A stretch of DNA of 64,000 bases from Clostridia bacterium (GTDB lineage Bacteria > Bacillota > Clostridia > Oscillospirales > CAG-272): the NCBI GenBank assembly GCA_017461055.1, contig JAFTZI010000056.1, positions 19,175 to 83,174 on the forward strand, in the 5' to 3' direction. Positions 60,293-64,000 of the stretch are shown one piece after another. A program made the position numbers and the translations under genes. The first letter of the stretch is position 1. Each line of letters opens with the position of its first letter. The notes below the pieces were generated by a model. That model had not been told where the DNA came from. It worked only from the letters and a program-made list of their open reading frames with translations, and ran no database searches.

Positions 60293-61948
60293 ATGCCAAG
60301 CAAATCCACTAATACTAAACAAGTGAAGGAAGAAACATTCCCATTAATTCAGACTAAATTTGAGGCTTATTCCGGTAGTGAGCCATATTTGTTTATCAGC
60401 TATTCTCACAGAGATACAGCAAAGGTGTATCCGATTTTAGATGCCTTGCACGACAGAAAGTACCGTATTTGGTATGATGAATCCTGTGAAACAGGTAACG
60501 ACTTCAGAGACGAGCTAAGACACAGAATAGAAAGATGCTCTGCGGTAGTTTTATTTGTATCAAAGGCATCTATGTCCTCACCGTTCTGCGGAATGGAAAT
60601 TATCGTTGCCCGCGAAAACGCTAAGAGGATATATCCTATTTTCTTGGAGGACGCTTCAATTGTTCCGCCTGCATTTTCAATTCTTCTTGCCAATACTCAC
60701 CATATCACAACAGAAAATGTAGATAAGCTTGTAAAGGCTATGGTAAGAGATCTGCCGGCTGAGGCTATGGATAGACTTACCCTCGCAGACGGAAAGCTTG
60801 AAAAGTGTGAGGACAACGGACGTACAATTGATGTTGATGAGGGTGTACGTATTATTTGTGCAGGAGCATTCAAAAACAGAAAGCAGCTGCATAATATCAA
60901 CTTGCCACGCAGCCTTGAGGAAATTGAAGAAGAGGCATTCCGTGGCTGTAACAGTCTTGAAGCAATGCATATTCCGTCAAAAACTCTTCGTGTTGGCGAA
61001 AGTGCGTTCCGTGATTGCGTAAGTATGAAGACACTTATAGTAGATAATGACTGTATCAAAATTGGTGAAAGAGCATTTGAAAACTGCGCAAGCTTGGAAA
61101 ATGTAACATTGCCGGACGGATTAACCGAATTATATGGCGGTGTATTCAATTCCTGTAAGAGCTTGAAGTCTATTGATTTGCCTTCATGCTTGACAGTAAT
61201 CGGTGAAAATGCTTTTTCCGACTGTGTAGGTCTTGAAAAGGTAGTTTTCCCTGATAACGTTACAAAAATTGACGACTTGGTATTCAACGGTTGTACCAGC
61301 CTGTCAGCAGTAGAGCTACCGGAAAATCTTAGAAAAATCGGTAAGAGTGCATTTAAAAACTGTAAATCTCTTACAAAGGTTTCAATACCTAAGTCTGTTG
61401 TATTTATTGCAAGCGCTCCGTTCAGAGGATGTGAAAACCTTAAATCAATTAAGGTAGACCCTAAAAATATGCACTATAAATCTGTGCTTAATAATGACGG
61501 AAGCAAGGAAGGCAGCTACGTATTGTTTAATAAAAACAAGTCAGCTCTTATTGCTTATCCTGCTAACAGTGATGCTGTTCAGTACGACGTTCCGGATAGC
61601 GTAACAGTTATTAGCGACTGGGCATTCTGCGACAGTAAGAAGCTTTCCCGTATTACCTTGCCTGATAGCATTATCGAAATCGGTGAGGGTGCATTCTGCA
61701 ACTGTATTCACCTTGACAGAATTAAAATTCCCGACAGCGTGGAAAAGATTGATGACTGCGCATTCAGACAGTGCGTATGCTTAGAAAAGGTTATTATTCC
61801 TGACTCCGTAAAGGAAATGGGCTGGGGTATATTTGACGGTTGTGAGGACAAGGTAGTTGTTTATTGTAGCGAAGGCTCTTTGGCACATGAATATTGTGTT
61901 CGCAACAAAATTAAGACAGAAATACTTTCTGAAGAAGATGGAGAATGA
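60293..61948 (+). CDS. Cytoplasmic TIR-domain protein fused to a BspA-type (LRR_5) leucine-rich-repeat array
   Basis: ATG at 60293 lies 9 nt after AAGGAGG; the track uses a GTG at 60284. TIR pattern EPYLFISYSHRDTAKVYPILDALHDRKYRIWYDE...AVVLFVSKASMSSPFCGMEIIVARENAKRIYPIFLED (about 60380-60760; putative catalytic Glu codon 60596-60598). About 13 repeats of IxxxAFxxCxxLxxIxIPxxV (about 60860-61900). No signal peptide or TM. Confidence 0.85.
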   Translation: MPSKSTNTKQVKEETFPLIQTKFEAYSGSEPYLFISYSHRDTAKVYPILDALHDRKYRIWYDESCETGNDFRDELRHRIERCSAVVLFVSKASMSSPFCGMEIIVARENAKRIYPIFLEDASIVPPAFSILLANTHHITTENVDKLVKAMVRDLPAEAMDRLTLADGKLEKCEDNGRTIDVDEGVRIICAGAFKNRKQLHNINLPRSLEEIEEEAFRGCNSLEAMHIPSKTLRVGESAFRDCVSMKTLIVDNDCIKIGERAFENCASLENVTLPDGLTELYGGVFNSCKSLKSIDLPSCLTVIGENAFSDCVGLEKVVFPDNVTKIDDLVFNGCTSLSAVELPENLRKIGKSAFKNCKSLTKVSIPKSVVFIASAPFRGCENLKSIKVDPKNMHYKSVLNNDGSKEGSYVLFNKNKSALIAYPANSDAVQYDVPDSVTVISDWAFCDSKKLSRITLPDSIIEIGEGAFCNCIHLDRIKIPDSVEKIDDCAFRQCVCLEKVIIPDSVKEMGWGIFDGCEDKVVVYCSEGSLAHEYCVRNKIKTEILSEEDGE

Positions 61949-61967
61949 TACTTAGGCGGGGGCAAAT

Positions 61968-63131
61968 ATGAACACACTTGTTAAAATTAAGAATAAAATC
62001 CTTGCCTTTGTTAAAAAAGAGGTAGTTTTATCCATTGCTATTGTTGCCGCAATAATAACAATGTTTTTCGTACCTGTCGACAAGGAATATCTTGATTATT
62101 TTGAGTATAAAACCTTAGTTGTACTCTTTTGTATGCTTGCGGTTGTTGCAGGTCTTAAAAATACAAACGTGTTTGAAATCTTTTCAAAAAAGCTAATCTG
62201 CTTGTTTAAAACAAGACGCGCTGTAATATACGCTTTGGTTTTCGGAACATATTTCTTTGATATGATTGTTGCTAACGATATGTCATTGATTACTTTGCTG
62301 CCGCTTGCATACATCGTTATGCACGCCACAGGCAACGATAAGTATTTAAGTATAACCTTTATCTTAATGACCATAGCAGCAAATATGGGAGGTATGATTA
62401 CTCCTTATGGCAACCCGCAAAACCTGTATCTGTTTTCGTTCTACGAAATGGGGCTGTTAGATTTCCTGTCAGCCTTGGCAATACAAGCAGGAACTATCTT
62501 AATTTTGTTATTTATCAGCGGATTGTTTATCAAGAACGAAAAATTGACCTTGGTTAACGATGAAGAGCTGCCTCTCGATAAAAAGCGCTTGGCGGTTTAC
62601 GCAGTTTTGTTCGTTCTGGTAATTTTGTGTATTTTCCGCGTAATGGAGAAGGTTTTCGGCAAAGGCATTGATTTTTGGGTATTGTTAGGTGTTGTAGTAT
62701 TAACAGTCTTGATAGTAGACAGAAAACGCTTTAAAGAGGTTGACTATGCACTTCTTGCCACATTCTGCGTATTCTTTGTATTTTCCGGTAACATTGCAAG
62801 AATAGATGTTATCAGTAATTTCATTCAGAGTATCGTAGGAGCAAACGGTGAAAACGTTTTGGTGGCAGGCATTGTTTCTTGTCAGTTTATCAGTAACGTT
62901 CCTACAGCTATCTTCCTTTCAAAGTTTACAGACTCTGCGTATGCCGCTGATCTATTGGTATCAGTTAATGTAGGCTCACTTGGAATTATCATTTCATCCT
63001 TGGCAAGCTTAATTACCTTGAAGGAGTACTTGAAGCATCAGCCAAAGAACTTCAAAAAGTATATGGGATTGTTTACACTTGTCAACACAATCTTCTTGGC
63101 AATTGTGCTTTTAGTTACAATTTTGACGTAA
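61968..63131 (+). CDS. ArsB/NhaD-superfamily anion permease (YbiR/CitMHS-like)
   Basis: 387 aa, about 10 TM. LITLLPL...IAANMGGMITPYGNPQNLYLFS motif. Starts 20 nt after the TIR-LRR stop with no terminator between. Confidence 0.7.
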   Translation: MNTLVKIKNKILAFVKKEVVLSIAIVAAIITMFFVPVDKEYLDYFEYKTLVVLFCMLAVVAGLKNTNVFEIFSKKLICLFKTRRAVIYALVFGTYFFDMIVANDMSLITLLPLAYIVMHATGNDKYLSITFILMTIAANMGGMITPYGNPQNLYLFSFYEMGLLDFLSALAIQAGTILILLFISGLFIKNEKLTLVNDEELPLDKKRLAVYAVLFVLVILCIFRVMEKVFGKGIDFWVLLGVVVLTVLIVDRKRFKEVDYALLATFCVFFVFSGNIARIDVISNFIQSIVGANGENVLVAGIVSCQFISNVPTAIFLSKFTDSAYAADLLVSVNVGSLGIIISSLASLITLKEYLKHQPKNFKKYMGLFTLVNTIFLAIVLLVTILT

Positions 63132-63153
63132 AAATAAGACATAAATAAAACAT

Positions 63154-63194
63154 ACGCGCCCCGAAGGCTTTTACCTTCGGGGCGCGTGCTTTTT
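63154..63194. terminator. Bidirectional rho-independent terminator
   Basis: 14-bp GC-rich stem ACGCGCCCCGAAGG (63154-63167), ctttta, CCTTCGGGGCGCGT (63174-63187), gcTTTTT. A-rich on the left flank. Confidence 0.85.
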
Positions 63195-64000
63195 ATATTA
63201 CTGTTAATGTTGCATTAAGCGGCTTAGCTGTGTATTCTTTATCTCTTATTTTGAAGCTCACGGGTTTAGCTTCGGGATTTACCACAATATATGCAGTCCT
63301 ACCGTTTTCAGCTTCCCAAGAGGATGAAAGCAGACGTGGCAGTATTGCATTTCCACGGTTGTTCGTCATAGGAATTTCTATGCTTTCGCACTTGAAACCG
63401 TCAGTTGCCTTCATTCTGCCATTATATAAGTATTTTTTGCCGTCAGTCTTATAAAAATCCATTAAATTCCTTATAAGAGCCAAGGTGTTGTCCATATTGG
63501 GACAGCTTTCAAAATCACGTGTTCCCCAATGAGTCATTAAGCTACCGTTTGGAGAAAGCGTAAGGGTCATAATATCTCCAATAGAGAATGAGTAAGCAAG
63601 ACGGTAGCTAAGGGTGTTAATTTTTGTATCAAAGGGACATCCGACCTGATTGCCCATAAAGTTTCTTACATATTCGTGATAAATGTAAGCATAAACGGGA
63701 ACAGGCACACCAAATGCATAATTAAGCTCAAATCTGTTGTCACTCATTAAAAGATTGCCTATAAATGGCTCAGAGGCAGCGCTTTCACAGCCAAACAGCA
63801 TATTGGGAGCAAGAGTATTCCATTTACATAGCAGCTCTTGCATGGCTTCCGTCATCCAATCACCTGGCATAGGCGGATGATCATGCTCTTGCGCATAGCA
63901 TAAATATTGCCCGCCGCCGTGATTTTGGTCCAGGATTTGAGCATAATCAACCCCGCTTTTGAAAAGAGGAGTGTAAGCCTCAAAAAGTATTTCGCGACCG
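63193..64000 (-). CDS. Hypothetical protein, C-terminal about 268 codons, possibly a glycosidase-associated family; the gene continues past the right window edge
   Basis: The track lists 63193-63870 from an internal Met. The same frame stays open to base 64000 (GREILFEAYTPLFKSGVDYAQILDQNHGGGQYLCYAQEHDHPPMPGDW...). No family confidently recognised. Confidence 0.55.
   Translation of the reverse strand, partial: GREILFEAYTPLFKSGVDYAQILDQNHGGGQYLCYAQEHDHPPMPGDWMTEAMQELLCKWNTLAPNMLFGCESAASEPFIGNLLMSDNRFELNYAFGVPVPVYAYIYHEYVRNFMGNQVGCPFDTKINTLSYRLAYSFSIGDIMTLTLSPNGSLMTHWGTRDFESCPNMDNTLALIRNLMDFYKTDGKKYLYNGRMKATDGFKCESIEIPMTNNRGNAILPRLLSSSWEAENGRTAYIVVNPEAKPVSFKIRDKEYTAKPLNATLTVI

Noticed and set aside
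60697-61287. 196-aa ORF on the minus strand
   Set aside because: It lies entirely antisense inside the TIR-LRR gene. It is Ser/Leu-rich and low in complexity, as expected for the reverse frame of an LRR gene, and has no RBS.
1-64000. Search for mobile elements, prophage genes, CRISPR arrays, tRNA/rRNA and toxin-antitoxin pairs
   Set aside because: I found no transposase, integrase, recombinase, terminal inverted repeats flanking a gene, regularly spaced repeats, or tRNA-like cloverleaf candidates by eye. The window looks chromosomal rather than island-like, apart from the individual oddities listed.

Overview
This window reads like chromosomal DNA from a low-GC Gram-positive anaerobe, probably Clostridia-like. 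The basis is AGGAGG-type RBSs, many near-consensus TTGACA-17-TATAAT promoters, lipobox lipoproteins, and pheST, LexA and Bcp. This taxonomic call is a judgement by eye, not a computation. I can support 46 protein-coding genes; two are cut by the window edges and one is decayed. I found no rRNA, tRNA, CRISPR array, transposase or integrase. Layout: (1) 1-10.8 kb holds a GT2 glycosyltransferase and four very large lipoproteins that share an N-terminal design; one of them carries an embedded thioredoxin-fold CxxC domain. (2) 11-15.2 kb holds an ECF-type sigma factor with a roughly 390-aa C-terminal extension. It lies convergent with a tightly coupled pair: a polytopic protein ending in CxxC, and a NapH-like 4Fe-4S membrane module fused to a TlpA-like thioredoxin. 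(3) 15.7-32.5 kb is one apparent 16.7-kb operon: a 2472-aa S8 subtilase fused to a BspA-type LRR array, a lipoprotein, and an Opp/Dpp-type ABC importer whose subunits all carry unusual extensions. (4) 32.6-50.4 kb is mixed housekeeping: ASCH, TrmO, TRIC channel, methyltransferase, a lexA-orf85-Y-family polymerase cassette, tandem P-II-like plus DUF1538, MBL hydrolase, pheST, ABC-F, mntP, HAD, 5'-nucleotidase, a serpin lipoprotein and Bcp. (5) 50.4-60.1 kb holds hydrolase and glycosidase genes: EEP, amidohydrolase, GH2, CocE/NonD, GH4 and ADP-ribosylglycohydrolase. (6) 60.2-63.2 kb is a separately promoted unit encoding a cytoplasmic TIR-LRR fusion protein plus an ArsB/NhaD-type permease. The best candidates for something undescribed are the TIR-LRR protein, the NapH-TlpA fusion with its CxxC partner, the protease-LRR/peptide-uptake operon, the non-canonical lexA cassette, and a GC-rich nested inverted-repeat element after pheT. 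All family assignments come from motif recognition by eye. No database search was possible.
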